NCBI GenBank assembly: GCA_964016885.1
Contig: OZ024741.1
Location: 268,646,001 to 268,710,000, forward strand
DNA from: Eledone cirrhosa
Taxonomy: Eukaryota
Direction: 5' to 3'
Length of the DNA stretch: 64,000 nucleotides
A program made the position numbers and the translations under genes. Shown here piece by piece: positions 1 to 13,600 of the stretch. The notes beneath the pieces are model-generated. The model searched no databases. It saw only the letters and a program-made list of their open reading frames with translations, and was not told the origin of the DNA. Positions within the stretch are counted from its first letter, which is position 1. Each line of letters begins with the position of its first letter.

Positions 1-262
<262 letters not shown>

Positions 263-523
263 AACTTTATATGATTTGTTAAGTTATATGCCAATATATT
301 ATAATATTGTTATTATAGTGTTATTGTAATATTTATATTGTTTGTGCAAATTGACCGGAGATTATAAATTATATAGTATATTATATATTATATTTTTATT
401 TTTATTCATTTCTTTATCATTTTATACTGTAAATAATATATGTATTATATTTATATTTAAACTCTTAATAAGTGTTAGTTTGTGTTTGTATTGATGGATA
501 TGTGTATTGATATATATATATAT

Positions 524-2866
524 GTGCATTTTGTTAGAGATGCCTACTGGCTGTAGTAGGTTTTACTTTGTATTTAGGTAAGGCGGGTCTTCTCTATTAC
601 TGAGTACCGCCAAAGGCCTCGGTCCAGTGACATTGTCTTGGAGAGGTGTAAGTGTGTGATGTCAGAATTTATCAGCTCGTCCCAGGTTTTTCTGGGTCTG
701 CCTACTCCGTAGCTACCGTCTATCTTTATTGCCCTGCACTTTGTTATACAGCTGTCGTCTTTCATGCGCATCACGTGACCATACCAACGTAGCCTTCTCT
801 CGAGTAAACAACATCTGATCCCTCTTATTTCTAATTTTTTCCTTAGTTCGGTTATGCTTTGCCGTTCACGTATGTTACTATTACACATCCAGCGGAGCAT
901 GCAAGCTTCGTTCCTCTCTAGTCTGCGTATATCCTCTGCACACAATGCCCAGGTCTCGCTGCCATGCAACATTGCTGTTCGTATGCAGGCATCATACAAC
1001 CTGCCTTTCATTCTTAGGGAGAACCCTTTAGCGGCTAATAGTGGTATAAGCTCTCTGAACTTTTTCCAACCAGTTCTGACTCTAGCTACTGTACTTTCAG
1101 AGCACCCTCCCCCACTGCTGATTTTGTCGCCCAGGTAACGGAAGCTGTCCACTATTTCTATAGAACCCTCTGCGCAATTGAAAGGGCTAGTATTTTGTGG
1201 GCACTTGCTGATACTTATTGCACCAGAACACCGGCCACATGTAAAATCTATGTTCTTAGTTAGCTTAACTGTGATCCCATTACATCTTTTATGCACCCAT
1301 ACTTTGCATTTGGGAAATGGAGTTTCTGCCGACTCCTTTCCTACACACTGAGCATAGCCATTTCCCAGATGGGACCAGTGCCCTATTTTCCTTCCTGCAT
1401 ACTAGGACTTTAGTCTTAGACAGGTTAATTATAAAGCCTTTTGATTCTAGGCCATGCTTCTTTGTTTGGAATTTCTTCTCTAGTTCAGCCATTGATTCAG
1501 CTATAAGCGTTAGATCATCTGCGTATAGGAGTTCCCATGGGCAGCCGGTCTTGAACTCCTCTGTTATAGCCTGGATGGTAATAATAAATAGGAGGGGGCT
1601 AAGGACGGAGCCCTGATGGACACCAACTTTTACGCTAAACTCTTCACTATATTCGTTGTTAATTCTAACCTTGCTGACTATTTCTTTATACATGGCTTGT
1701 ATAGCTCTGACAAGCCATTCGTCAACACCTAGTTTTCTAAGAGCCCACCAGATAATGGAACGGGGGTCTCTGTCGAAGGCTTTCTCCAAGTCAACAAAAG
1801 CTAAGTATAGGGGTTTACTTTTAGCTAGGTACTTCTCCTGTAGTTGTCGTACAATGAAAAGAGCGTCTGTGGTACTTTTGCCTGACACAAACCCGAACTG
1901 CATTTCATCTAGATCAATTCTCTCTCTGATTAGTTGCGCTATTACTTTTTCCGTGACCTTCATGACCTGGTCAATTAATTTAATGCCTCTATAGTTACAC
2001 CTATCTAGGGCATCTCCTTTACCCTTGTAACAGTTAATGATGATGCTGCTACGCCAGTCCTTCGGAACAACCCCATTCTGTATGACTTGGTTTACTATCC
2101 GGGAGACCATGGTGTCTCCCACCGTTCCAGAGGCTTTCAGCATCTCAGCAACTATTTCCGAAGGCCCAGCCGCCTAACCCGCCTTCATATGTTTGATTGC
2201 CTTACTTATTATACTACCTTCGACTAACACTGCTGGTCCCTCTATTGGGTCGATGTGGGGGAGACTGTCTTTCTCCCATTTATTCTCCTCATTTAGAAGC
2301 CTTTCGTAGTGACTCTTCCATGCTGCCTTCTTATCGGCGTCAGTGATGGCAAGTACGCCTTCATCATTAAGTACACACTTCTCCCTGACAATATCACGGT
2401 TTTCCTTGACACATTGCCTAGCAATCCTGAACACCTCACGTTTTTGGTCCTCGCGTTGTAGAACATGCTTGAACTTTCTTTCCTCTGCTTCCCTTCTTGC
2501 GAAGTACACTTGTCTCCTAGCTTCCCTCCTGGCCACTTGATAGTCTTCTCTACTTCCCTCATCCCGCCATACTTTCCAAGCCTGCTTTTTGGCCTTAATT
2601 GACTCCTCCACCTTACTGTTCCACCACCATGTTACTCTCCTCCTACCTACAGGCCTGCTCCAGCCACAGACTTCGTCTGCCGCCGTCAGCAGGTTTGCTT
2701 TCAGGAATTCCCACTGTTCCTCTATATTATACGACTCTAATTGCTCTTCCTTACTGTCGAAAGCATCAAGCAATATGCTTTGAAATTTATTTCTGGCTGT
2801 GGGGTCCTTTAGCTTCCATATTTTTCTCCTGAGGATAGTCCTCTTCTGCTGTCTAGTACGTCTCGT
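524..2866 (-). mobile_element. RTE-clade LINE, family A, 5'-truncated and frameshifted
   Basis: ORFs 2174-2887, 1289-2143 and 574-1296 give RT motifs ([38 protein letters not shown]) nearly identical to the 11017 ORF; most of the 3'UTR is missing. Confidence 0.96.
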
Positions 2867-3920
2867 AGGAGTAGGCAGAAACTCCATGTCCCAAATGCAA
2901 AGTATGGGTGCATAAAAGATGTAGTGGGATCATAGGTAAGCTAACTAAGAATATAGATTTTATATGTGGCCGATGCTCAGGGTTCTATAGAAATAGTGGA
3001 CACCTTCCGTTACCTGGGTGACAAAATCAGCAGTGGTGGTGGGTTCTCTGAAAGTACAGTAGCTAGAGTGAGAACGGAATGGAAAAAGTTCAGAGAGCTT
3101 ATACCACTATTGGCCGCTAAATGTTTCTCTCTAAAAATGAAAGGCAGGCTGTATGATGCCTGCATACAAACAACAATGTTATATGGCAGTGATACATGGG
3201 CATTGTGTGCAGAGGATCAACGCAGACTGGAGAGGAACGAAGCTTGCATGCTCCGTTGGATGTGTAATAGTAATATACGTGAATGGCAAAGCATAAAAGA
3301 ACTAAGTGAGAAATTAGGAATAAGAGGGATCAGATGCTGTTTACTCAAGAGAAGACTACGTTGGTATGGTCACGTGATGCGTATGAAAGACGACAGCTGT
3401 ATAAAAAAGTGCAGGTCGATCAAATTAGATGGTAGCCACGGAGTAGGCAGACCCAGAAAAACCTGGGATGACTTGATAAATTCCAACCTCACACACTTAC
3501 ACCTCTCCAAGACAATGTCACTGGACCGAGATCTTTGGCACTACGCGGTAATACAGAAGACTCGCCTTGTCTAAGTGCAAAGCAAAATGTACAGTCAGTA
3601 GGCACCTCTTACCAAAATACCCCCCCTTCGATGTAAAGTTATGTTGGTACCACAACATCCAGTACTAAATAAATGAGGTCGTGTAGGTGTCACGACAAAA
3701 AAAACACACAGTCCACACTGTAATGTGGCCGTGTAGGTAACACGGTAAAAACCTCCCAGCCCACACTGTAAACGTGGTTGGTGTTAGGAAGGGCATCCAG
3801 CCGTAGAAAACTTGCCAGACAGTCCTATGCGAGCAAGACAACCAATCTTGCCTCAAGTGCGAAAATTCCCGTCCAAACCCATGCTAGCGTGGAAGATGGA
3901 CGTTAAACGATGACGATGAT
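2867..3920 (+). mobile_element. RTE LINE family A, 3' fragment with 3'UTR and (GAT)n tail
   Basis: Begins at the GVGRNS codons directly against the previous copy; ORF 2966-3574; ends cccatgctagcgtggaagatggacgttaaacgatgacgatgat. Confidence 0.95.
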
Positions 3921-4177
3921 ATGTGTATATATATATGTATATATATATATGTATATATATATATATGTATATTTATGTATATATGTGTATATATATATGT
4001 ATATATATGTATTTATGTATGTATATATGTGTATATATATATGTATATATATGTATATTTATATATATATATGTATATATATGTATATATATGTATATAT
4101 ATATATCTCTATATATATATATGTATTTATATATGTATGTATTTATGTATGTATATATGTATATATATATGTATGTA

Positions 4178-4208
<31 letters not shown>
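3921..4208. repeat. (TA)n-derived microsatellite
   Basis: TA run with G interruptions between two tail-to-tail LINE ends. Confidence 0.97.
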
Positions 4209-4209
<1 letters not shown>

Positions 4210-4795
4210 AAACGTCTATCTTCCACGCTAGCATGGGCTTAGACGGGAGTTGTCTTACTTGGGGCAAGAATGGTCGGGTGACCATGTCTCGCTTGTATAG
4301 GACTGTCTGGCAAGTTTTCTATAGCTGGATGCCCTTCCTACCACCAACCACGTTTACAGTGTGGACTGGCAGGTTTTTGCCGTGTTACCTACACGGCCAC
4401 ATTACAGTGGACTGTGTGTTTCTTTTGTCGTGACACGTACACAACCTCATTTATTTTGGACTGGATGTTGTGGTACCAACATAACTTTATGGAGAAAGTA
4501 GATTTCGCCTCGTACATAGGCAAGGCGGGTCTTCTGTATTACTGCGTAGTGCCAAAGATCTTGGTCCAGTGACATTGTCTTAGAGAGGTGTAAGTGTGTA
4601 AGGTCTGAATTTATCAAATCGTCCCAGGTTTTTCTGGGTCTACCTACTCCGTAACTTCCATCAATTTTGATCGCCTTGCCCTTTTTTATACAACTGCCGT
4701 GTTACTTGCACATCACGTGACCATACCAACACAGTCTTATCTCGAGTAAACAGCATCTGATCGCTCTTATTCCTAATTTCTAACCTAGTTCACTT
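4209..4795 (-). mobile_element. RTE LINE family A, short 3' fragment
   Basis: Reverse complement of the family A 3'UTR and the last ~85 codons. Confidence 0.92.
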
Positions 4796-4805
4796 ATATA
4801 TATAT

Positions 4806-5818
4806 ATATGCTGACGATCTGGTTCTTATAGCAGAATCAGTAGGGGAGCTAGAGAATAAATTGTGGCTATGGAAACAGCAGTTGGAAGCAAGAGGACTGA
4901 GAGTGAACCTAGCTAAGACAAAAGTGTTGATGAGTAGAAAAGAGGACAAAACCCTGATTCCGTCAGGGAAATGGCCATGTTCGATATGCAAAAAAGGAAC
5001 TGGCATAAATTCTATAAAATGCACACAATGCAGATCCTGGGTACACAAGAGATGTAGTGGGATAGCAGGCAAACTAACGAGTAGGGAGAAATATGTATGC
5101 AGTAGATGTACAGGGAAATTAGACAGTAGAAGTCGCATTGATAGACACATTTTTCAAATGCAGGAGGGCGCTATAGAAGTGGTGGATAGCTTCCTGTAAC
5201 TAGGAGATCAGATTAGAATGGGAGGAGGGTGTTCCGAGGCCATAGTATCTAGAATAAGGACGGGTTGGAAGAAGTTTAGGGAGCTGCTTCCTCTGTTGAC
5301 GAAGAAGGGTTTCTCCCTGCGTACGAAAGGCCGGTTGTATGATGCCTGTGTGAGGAGAGCGATGCTGCATGGTAGTGAGACATGGGCAGCAACTGCAGAG
5401 GATATGTGACGGCTGGAGAGAAATGAGGCAAGCATGCTCCGTTGGATGTGCAGTGTAAATGTGCGTGAACGACCCAGCATAAATGTGTTGAGAGAGAAAC
5501 TGTGTCTGAGAGGGATAGAATGCAGTGTATGGGAGAGGAGACTGAGGTGGTATGGACATGTGATGCGCATGGAGGATGACCGATGGGTGAAGAAGTGCCA
5601 GGAAATGCCAGTTGAAGGAAGACGTGGTAGAGGTAGACCACGAAAAACATGGGCGGAGGTGGTGAGAACAGACCTCAGATCATTGAAGCTCACGGTGGAG
5701 ATGACGAAGGACCGTGACGAGTGGAGAGATGCTGTGCTGAATAAGACCCGTCCCACCCTTGCAAGCAGGGAAAAGCGGATGTAAAATGATGATGATGATG
5801 ATGATAATGATGATGATG
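4806..5818 (+). mobile_element. RTE LINE family B, 5'-truncated at the YADD codons
   Basis: Starts tatgctgacgat (YADD); ORFs 4861-5199, 5218-5409 and 5434-5784; the stop codon is followed at once by (GAT)n. Confidence 0.95.
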
Positions 5819-5850
5819 TATATATATATATATATGTATGTATATATGCA

Positions 5851-5887
<37 letters not shown>

Positions 5888-5948
5888 GTATATCATCATC
5901 ATCGTTTAACGTCTATCTTCCACACTAACATATATATATGAATATATG

Positions 5949-5979
<31 letters not shown>

Positions 5980-5992
5980 GTATCCAATTCGG

Positions 5993-6047
5993 ACTGCCTG
6001 AACAGGTCACAGCCAATGATGGCTGTCACCGAAATATATATAGCAGT
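5993..6047 (+). ncRNA. Type I hammerhead-like motif, core mutated (G8C)
   Basis: actgc-CTGAACA-ggtcacagcc(aatgat)ggctgtcacc-GAAA-tatata-TA-gcagt; stems I and II pair. Confidence 0.75.
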
Positions 6048-6229
6048 ATATCTATAATAAATGAAGCCAAATTTTACATATTTGACTTAATTATTTTACA
6101 TTACTCCGGAGTAAACAAACCAACCTGAGTACTTCGTCGAGTGCTCCAATCTGTATACTGAGGTGTCGGTAAACAACCAACATATACTCAAAATATATGT
6201 ATATATATATATGTATATATGTATATATC

Positions 6230-6419
6230 GTTTGCAATTATGCAAACAAGCCTCACTTTTAAAGCCATGTCAGTAGAATGAACCCTTCATTCTTGCTCTT
6301 CTGTTGGCATGTAAACAGAACTGCAGACACATTAGTGTCTGCCAACACAAGAGCAAGAATGAAGGGTTCATTCAACTGACATGGCTTTAAAAATGAGGCT
6401 CGTTTGCATAATTGCAAAC
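6230..6419. repeat. 80-bp inverted repeat (fold-back)
   Basis: Arms 6230-6309 and 6340-6419 with 4 mismatches; inner hairpin gcagacac-atta-gtgtctgc. Confidence 0.93.
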
Positions 6420-6511
6420 AAATTGAATGTTATTATTAACATTTGAAAAACTCAGATTACATACATTGTATTCTGCCATTTAGAACAAAAATGTATATAT
6501 ATATATATATA

Positions 6512-6975
6512 ATAGCAGAATGGCCCGGCGTTGCTCAGGATTCTAAACATAGATTGGCATGTTTATCCCTCCTTACTGAAACAGTACAGAGAAGTACGGA
6601 ATACCTCGGCCTGGGGATGGTGTCTACATTTTGTGCTTATAAAATAAAATTTGTCGTAGATTACCAAGAGTTTAACTTAATTGGGTGCCTGAGAGTAAAA
6701 TGTTCAATCCATGAAAGCCAAAACGATAGGGTTAAGTAAAAAGGCATTCGACAAACCGAACATGTATTTGTTGTGCTATGGTACAATGAAAGCAATAGTT
6801 AGAGAACAGTAAACATGTGGGACTGCAGTGGTGGAGAGCATGAAGGAATTTAGTTGGATACTTTTAAGGTTACAGGCCCTTACGCAACCAAAATGCTAAA
6901 CAATGCAGCCCCCAGCCAAAAATTAGAAATCTTTTTCAGTCAAGAAAATATTTGAAACATAAGTAATGCATATGC
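6512..6975 (-). mobile_element. Non-autonomous Helitron, 3' part
   Basis: Minus strand ends cctgagcaacgccgggccattctgcta(t), matching the hairpin terminus of the Helitron at 59286; the 5' extent is uncertain. Confidence 0.6.
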
Positions 6976-6977
6976 AA

Positions 6978-7068
6978 AGTGAAATGAAGTGTCTTGCTCA
7001 AGGAAACAACACATCACCTGGTCCGAGAATTGAACTCACAACCTTTTGATTGCAAGCCCAATGCTTTA
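6978..7068 (-). mobile_element. tRNA-derived SINE fragment
   Basis: Reverse complement of the SINE head and CORE-like segment at 14833 (gagttcaattctcggaccagg...ccttgagcaagacac). Confidence 0.8.
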
Positions 7069-7071
7069 ATA

Positions 7072-10000
7072 TGAAGACGTCGCATCTCAGAGTTGCAACA
7101 CTTAATGTTGGCACTCTCACAGGTAGATCTGGTGAAATAGTGGAGATGCTGGAAAGAAGGCATGTGGATGTGTGCTGTGTGCAAGAGGTGAGATAGAGAG
7201 GTGCCTCTGCGAGACTAGTCGCAGGCAAACATCTTAGCTATAAGCTTTTCTGGGTAGGTAAGGATGATGGCTTAGGGGGAGTAGGCATTTTCCTGGCTGA
7301 GAGATGGATCAATAAGACAATAGAGGTAGTTCGAGTTAATAATTGAATAATTAAGCTTAGATTAGTTGTAGGTAGGAGACTACTGACAATCATCTCTGCC
7401 TATGCTCCCCAAGCAGGCCTAGGCAAAGAAGAGAAAGACTGCTTTTACGAGCAACTTTTACAAACAACCGCAATGACAGAGGACGAAGACATCGTTATGC
7501 TAGCAGGGGACTTCAATGGTCATGTTGGACAGCTCCAGGATGATTACACTGGGGTACATGGTGGGCACGGTTACGGCTCAAGAAATGAAGAAGGAGTGAG
7601 ACTTCTTGAATTTTGTGATGCAAGTACACTGACTAGTTGCAACACTAACTTCCAGAAACCTGCCAACCACCTAATAACCTACAAATTAGGCGAGCACATA
7701 AGCCAGATTGACTTCTTACTAGTTAGGCAGCGGGACAGGCAGATGGTGTCAAATACCAAGGCATACCCTGGGGAAGAATGTACCCCACAGCATAGGTTAG
7801 TTGTTTGTCATATCTCAGTAAGCAAGAGATGGAATGAGACATGCAGGAAGGTGTGGAGAAGAAACGTCTGGAAGCTAAAATACCTTTCACTAAAATACAA
7901 ATTTAGGAAAGCCCTTCAAGATGTGTATGACGAAAAAGAAGACGATTTAGAGTCGTATGATATAGATAATAACTGGAATTTCTTACGTGACAACTTACTG
8001 CAGGCTACTGATGAAACTTGTGGCTGGAGCAGAGTTCCAACCAGACAGAGAGTGACCTGGTGGTGGAACAGCACAGTAGATAGGGCCATTAGAGACACAA
8101 GACTAGCATGGAAGGCTTAGAAAAAGGGTGGGAGTAGAGAAGGATATACAGCCACTAAGAGAGAAGCTAGACGTCAGGTGTACTTAGCACGCAGGGAGGC
8201 TGAGAGTAGGAGGTTTGCCAATGTTCTGCAACGGGAAGATCAGAGGCGTGCGGTGTTCCACATTGCAAGGCAGTGTGTCAATGCAAATCAGGATGTTGTT
8301 GGAGATAAATGTGTCTGGAATGATGCCGGTGTACTTAGTGTCACGAATGATCAGACAAAGGAGGCCTGGAAATGTCATTATGAAAGACTGATGAATGTGG
8401 AGAACAAATGGGAGAGAGAGAAATTACCATCAGTAGATCCGACAGAGGGACCAGCTATTGAGATTGACGAATATTGGGTCCAAGAGGCGATTAAGGAAAT
8501 GAAAAATGGTAAGGCTGCTGGACTGTCGGGGATAGTTGCTGAGATGCTGAAGGCATCAGGGGACGTAGGCACTAAACTGGTTGCACCCATCATCAATCAG
8601 ACTATATATGGTGGTGCCATACCCAAAGACTGGTGCAGCAGTATTCTCATAAATTGCTACAAAGGTAAAGGGGATGCTCTGGAGAGGAGCAATTATAGGG
8701 GTATAAAACTGATGGATCAGGTTATGAAAGTGGCAGAAAGGATATTAGCACAACTAATTAGAGGAAGGGTCAAACTAGATGAGATGCAGTTTGGTTTTGT
8801 GCCTGGGAAAAGTACAACAGATGCCCTCTTCTTGGTGAGACAATTACAAGAGAGGTTCTTAGAGAAGAATAAGCCATTATACTTAGCCTTTGTTGACCTA
8901 GAGAAGGCCTTTGATAGGGTACTCCGATCTGACATCTGGTGGTTCCTAAGGAAACTAGGTGTTGATGAATGGCTTGTGAGGACAGTGAAAACTTTGTACA
9001 GAGGTGCTGTCAGTAAAGTAGGGTAGGAATGGAGTTTAGTGAGGAATTCCAGATACAAGTAGGAGTAGACTGGCTGTCCATGAGAACTTCTCTATGCTGA
9101 TGATCTGATTCTTATAGCAGAATCAGTAGAGGAGCTAGAGAATAAATTCTGGCTATGGAAACAGCAGTTGGAAGCAAGAGGACTGAGAGTGAACCTAGCT
9201 AAGACAAAAGTGTTGATGAGTAGAAAAGAGGACAAAACTCTGATTCCGTCAGGGAAATGGACATGTTTGATATGCAGAAAAGGAACTGTCATAAATTCTA
9301 TAAAATGCACACAATGCAGATCCTGGGTACACAAGAGATGTAGTGGGATAGCAGGCAAATTAACAGATAGGGAGAAATATGTATGCAGTAGATGTACAGG
9401 GAAATTAGGCAGTAGAAGTCGCATTGATAAGCATATTCTTCAAATGTAGGCGGGTACTATAGAAGTGGTGGATAGCTTCCGGTACCTAGGAGATCAGATT
9501 AGAATGGGAGGGGGGGTATTCCGAGGCCATAGTATCTAGAATAAGGACAGGTTGGAAGAAGTTTAGGGAGCTGCTTCCTCTGCTGATGAAGAAGGGTTTC
9601 TCCCTGCATACGAAAGGCCGGTTATATGATGCCTGTGTGAGGAGCGTGATGCTGCATGGTAGTGAGACATGGGCAGCAACTGCAGAAGATATGCGATGGC
9701 TGGAGAGAAATGAGGCAAGCATGCTCCGTTGGATGTACGATGTCAATGTGCGTGAATGACCCAGCATGGATGTGTTGAGAGAGAAACTGTGTCTGAGATG
9801 GATAGAATGTAGTGTGTGAGAGAGGAGACTGTGATGGTATGGACATGTGATGCGCAGGGAGGATGACCGATGGGTGAAGAAGTGCCAGGAAATGCCTGTT
9901 GAAGGAAGACATGGTAGAGGTAGACCACGAAAAACATGGGCGGAGGTGGTGAGAACAGACCTCAGATCGCTGAAGCTCACGGAAGAGATGACGAAGGACC

Positions 10001-10093
10001 GTGACAAGTGGAGAGATGCTGTGCTGAATAAGACCCATCCCACCCTTGCAAGCAGGGAAAAGCGGACGTAAAATCATGATGATGATGATGATG

Positions 10094-10095
<2 letters not shown>
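7072..10095 (+). mobile_element. RTE LINE family B, near-complete coding region, pseudogenised
   Basis: APE endonuclease (LRVATLNVGTL, CCVQE, SAYAPQ, AGDFNGHVG, SQIDF), RT and PHD finger; several stops, a deletion near 9067 removing HQGSVLSPLLF, and a (GAT)n tail. Confidence 0.96.
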
Positions 10096-10121
<26 letters not shown>

Positions 10122-10124
<3 letters not shown>

Positions 10125-10450
10125 AAAGGTAAACAGAAATAACAAAGTATATATTAGGTTAACGCTTGATATAGCAGGAAGAGGGTCTTAACGTTTCGGA
10201 GATTAGTCCATCATCAGAAGAAAGAATGAGAAATAAAATAGGTATAGGGGACAGGCGGGATTGAATTGAAAAAAATGTCTTTAGATAAATATAATAGGTC
10301 CATTCATGTTGACATCTCTTGCAAAACTGTTGGTGCTGGCGTTTTGTGTATGATTTGTTTAGAAAAGTGAATGATGGCGTGCGTCTACCTGAAAAGGAAA
10401 AAAAAAACGATTTGTAAAAAGAGCTATACTTGAGCATGTGTGTAAGCATG

Positions 10451-10495
<45 letters not shown>

Positions 10496-10600
10496 ATAGG
10501 TCCGTACGAAGCTAAGAAGAAATGTGTGTGTATATGTGAGTAAAAGAGTGTGATTGACATCTCTTGCAAAACTGTTGGTGCTGGTGTTTTGTGTATGATA
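10122..10600 (-). mobile_element. Hammerhead-bearing non-coding unit (Penelope pseudo-LTR-like)
   Basis: Homologous to 25246-25410; contains the motif at 10186-10221 and a 45-bp direct repeat (~10310 and ~10555). Confidence 0.6.
10186..10221 (-). ncRNA. Minimal type I hammerhead ribozyme motif, intact core
   Basis: tctt-CTGATGA-tggactaatctcc-GAAA-cg-TT-aaga; palindromic stem III (ACGT). Confidence 0.75.
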
Positions 10601-10640
<40 letters not shown>

Positions 10641-10656
10641 TGTATATATATATATA

Positions 10657-13600
10657 TCATCATCATCATCATCATCATCATCAACGTTTAACGTCCGTGT
10701 TCCACGCTTGCATGGGTTTGGACGGGGGTAGTCCCACTTGAGGCAAGAGTGATTGTCTTGCTCGCATAGGACTGTCTGGCAGGTTTTCTACAGTTGGATG
10801 CCCTTCCTAACACCAACCACATTTACAGTGTGGGTCTGGGAGGTTTTTACCGTGTTGCCTACACGGCCACATTACAGCGTGGACTGTGTGTTTTTTTGTC
10901 GTGACACCTACACGATCTCATTTGTTTCGGCCTGGATGGCGCGGCACCAACATAACTTTACATAGAACGGGGTGGTGTGGATGGGGTGGGGGTGGCGGCG
11001 GGAGGGGTGTATTTTGTTAGAGATGCCTACTGGCAAGGCGGGTCTTCTCTGTTACTGAGTACCGCCAAAGGTCACGGTCCAGTGACATTGTCTTGGAGAG
11101 GTGTAAGTGTGTGAGGTCGGAGTTTATCAGCTCATCCCATGTTTTTCTAGGTCTGCCTATTCCGTGGCTACCGTCTATCTTTATTGCCCTGCACTTTGTA
11201 ATACAGCTATCGACTTTCATGCGCATCACGTGTCCATACCAACGCAGCCTTCTCTCGAGTAAACAACATCTGATCCCTCTTATCTCTAATTTTTTCCTTA
11301 GTTCGTTTATGCTTTGCCGTTCACGTATATTACTGTTACACATCCAGCGGAGCATGCAAGCTTCGTTCCTCTCTAGTCTGCGTATATCCTCTGCACACAA
11401 TGCCCAGGTCTCACTACCATGCAACATTGCTGTTCGTATGCAGGCATCGTACAACCTGCCTTTCATTTTTAGGGAGAACCCTTTAGCAGCTAATAGTGGT
11501 ATAAGCTCTCTGAACTTTTTCCAACCAGTTCTGACTCTAGCTACAGTACTTTCAGAGCACCCTCCCCCACTGCTGATTTTATCGCCCAGGTAACGGAAGC
11601 TGTCCACTATTTCTATAGAACCCTCTGCGCAATTGAAAGAGCTAGTATTTTGTGGGCACTTGCTGCTACTTATTGCACCAGAACACCGGCCACATGTAAA
11701 GTCTATGTTCTTAGTTAGCTTACCTGTGATCCCACTACATCTTTTATGCACCCATACTTTGCATTTAGGACATAAGATGGAGTTTCTACCTACGCCTTTC
11801 CTACATACCGAGCACGACCATTTCCCAGAAGGGACCGCCGCCTTGTTTTCTTTCCTACAAACTAGAACTTTGGTCTTAGCCAGGTTAATTTTAAGTCCTT
11901 TTGACTCTAGGCCGTGCTTCCATGTTTGGAATTTCTTCTCTAGCTCGGCCATTGATTCCGCTATGAGTGTCAGGTCGTCTGCGTATAGGAGTTCCCATGG
12001 GCAGTCTGTCTTGAACTCCTCTGTTATAGCCTGAAGGGCAATATTAAATAGTAGGGGGCTGAGAACAGAGCCCTGATGGACGCCAACTTTTACGCTAAAC
12101 TCTTCACTATATTCGTTGTTAATTCTAACCTTGCTGACTGTTTCTTTATACATGGCTTGTATAGCCCTCACAAGCCATTCGTCAACGCCTAGTTTTCTAA
12201 GAGCCCACCAGATAATGGAGCGGGGGACTCTGTCGAAGGCTTTCTCCAGGTCGACAAAAGCTAAGTAGAGGGGTTTACCTTTAGCTAGGTACTTCTCCTG
12301 TAGTTGTCGTACTATGAAAAGAGCGTCTGTGGTGCTTTTGCCTGACACAAACCCGAACTGCATTTCATCTAGATCAATTCTCTCTCTGATTAGTTGCGCT
12401 ATTACTTTTTCCGTGACCTTCATGACCTGGTCGATTAATTTAATGCCTCTATAGTTACTCCTATCTAGGGCGTCTCCTTTACCCTTATAACAGTTAACGA
12501 TGATGCTGCTATGCCAGTCCTTCGGAACAACCCCATTCTGTACGACTTGGTTAACTATGCGGGTGACCATGGTGTGTCCCACCGTGCCAGATGCCTTCAG
12601 CATCTCAGCAACTATTTCCGAAGGCCCAGCCGCCTTACCAGTCTTCATATCCTTGATTGCCTTACTTATTATACTCCCCTCGACTAACACTGCTGGTCCC
12701 TCTATCGGGTCGATAAGGGGGAGACTGTCTTTCTCCCATTTATTCTCCTCATTTAGTAGCCTTTCATAGTGACACTTCCAAGCTACCTTCTTATCAGTGT
12801 CGGTGATGGCAAGTATGCCATCATCGTTAAGTACACACTTCTCCCCGACAATATCACGGTTTTCCTTGACGCATTGCCTGGCAATCCTGAACACCTCACG
12901 TTTTTGGTCATCGCGTTGTAGAACATGCTTGAACTTTCTTTCCTCAGCTTCCCTTCTTGCTAAGTACACTTCTCTCCTAGCTTCCCTCCTGGCCACTTGA
13001 TAGTCTACTCTACTTCCCCCATCCCGCCATACTTTCCAAGCCTGCTTTTTGGCCTTAATTGACCCCTCCACCCTATTGTTCCACCACCATGTTACTCTCC
13101 TCCTGCCTACAGGCCTGCTCCAGCCACAGACCTCGTCTGTCGCCAACAGCAGGTTTGCTTTCAGAAATTTCCACTGTCCCTCTATATTGTCCGATTCTAG
13201 ATGCTCTTCCTTACTGTCGAAAGCATCAAGTAATATGCTTTGAAATTTATTTCTGGCTGTGGGGTCCTTTAGTTTCCATATTTTCCTCCTGAGGATAGTC
13301 CTCTTCTGCTGTCGGGTGCGTCTCGTCCTGACTATGAGGTCGCTAATTATCAGTCTATGTTGGGAGGTGCATTCTTCATGGGGGAGGGATTTAGTGTTTA
13401 CAACAGACACTCTGTCACGTCTTCTGGTAAGGATATAATCTACCTGGCTTGTGTGTTCCCCGGATCTATAGGTAATCAGGTGATTGTCACGTTTTTTGAA
13501 GTTAGTGTTACAGATAGTTAGGTTATTTGCATCACAGTATTCCAGAATTCTGGAGCCTTCCTCATTTCTAGTACCAAACCCATAGCCTCCATGGATTTCG

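Noticed and set aside
524-3920. Classical twin-priming inversion of one LINE
   Set aside because: Both halves contain the same 3' region and differ in sequence, so they come from two templates.
11093-13292. Plus-strand ORFs overlapping the LINE
   Set aside because: They are antisense shadows of the RT frame, repeated only because the LINE is repeated.
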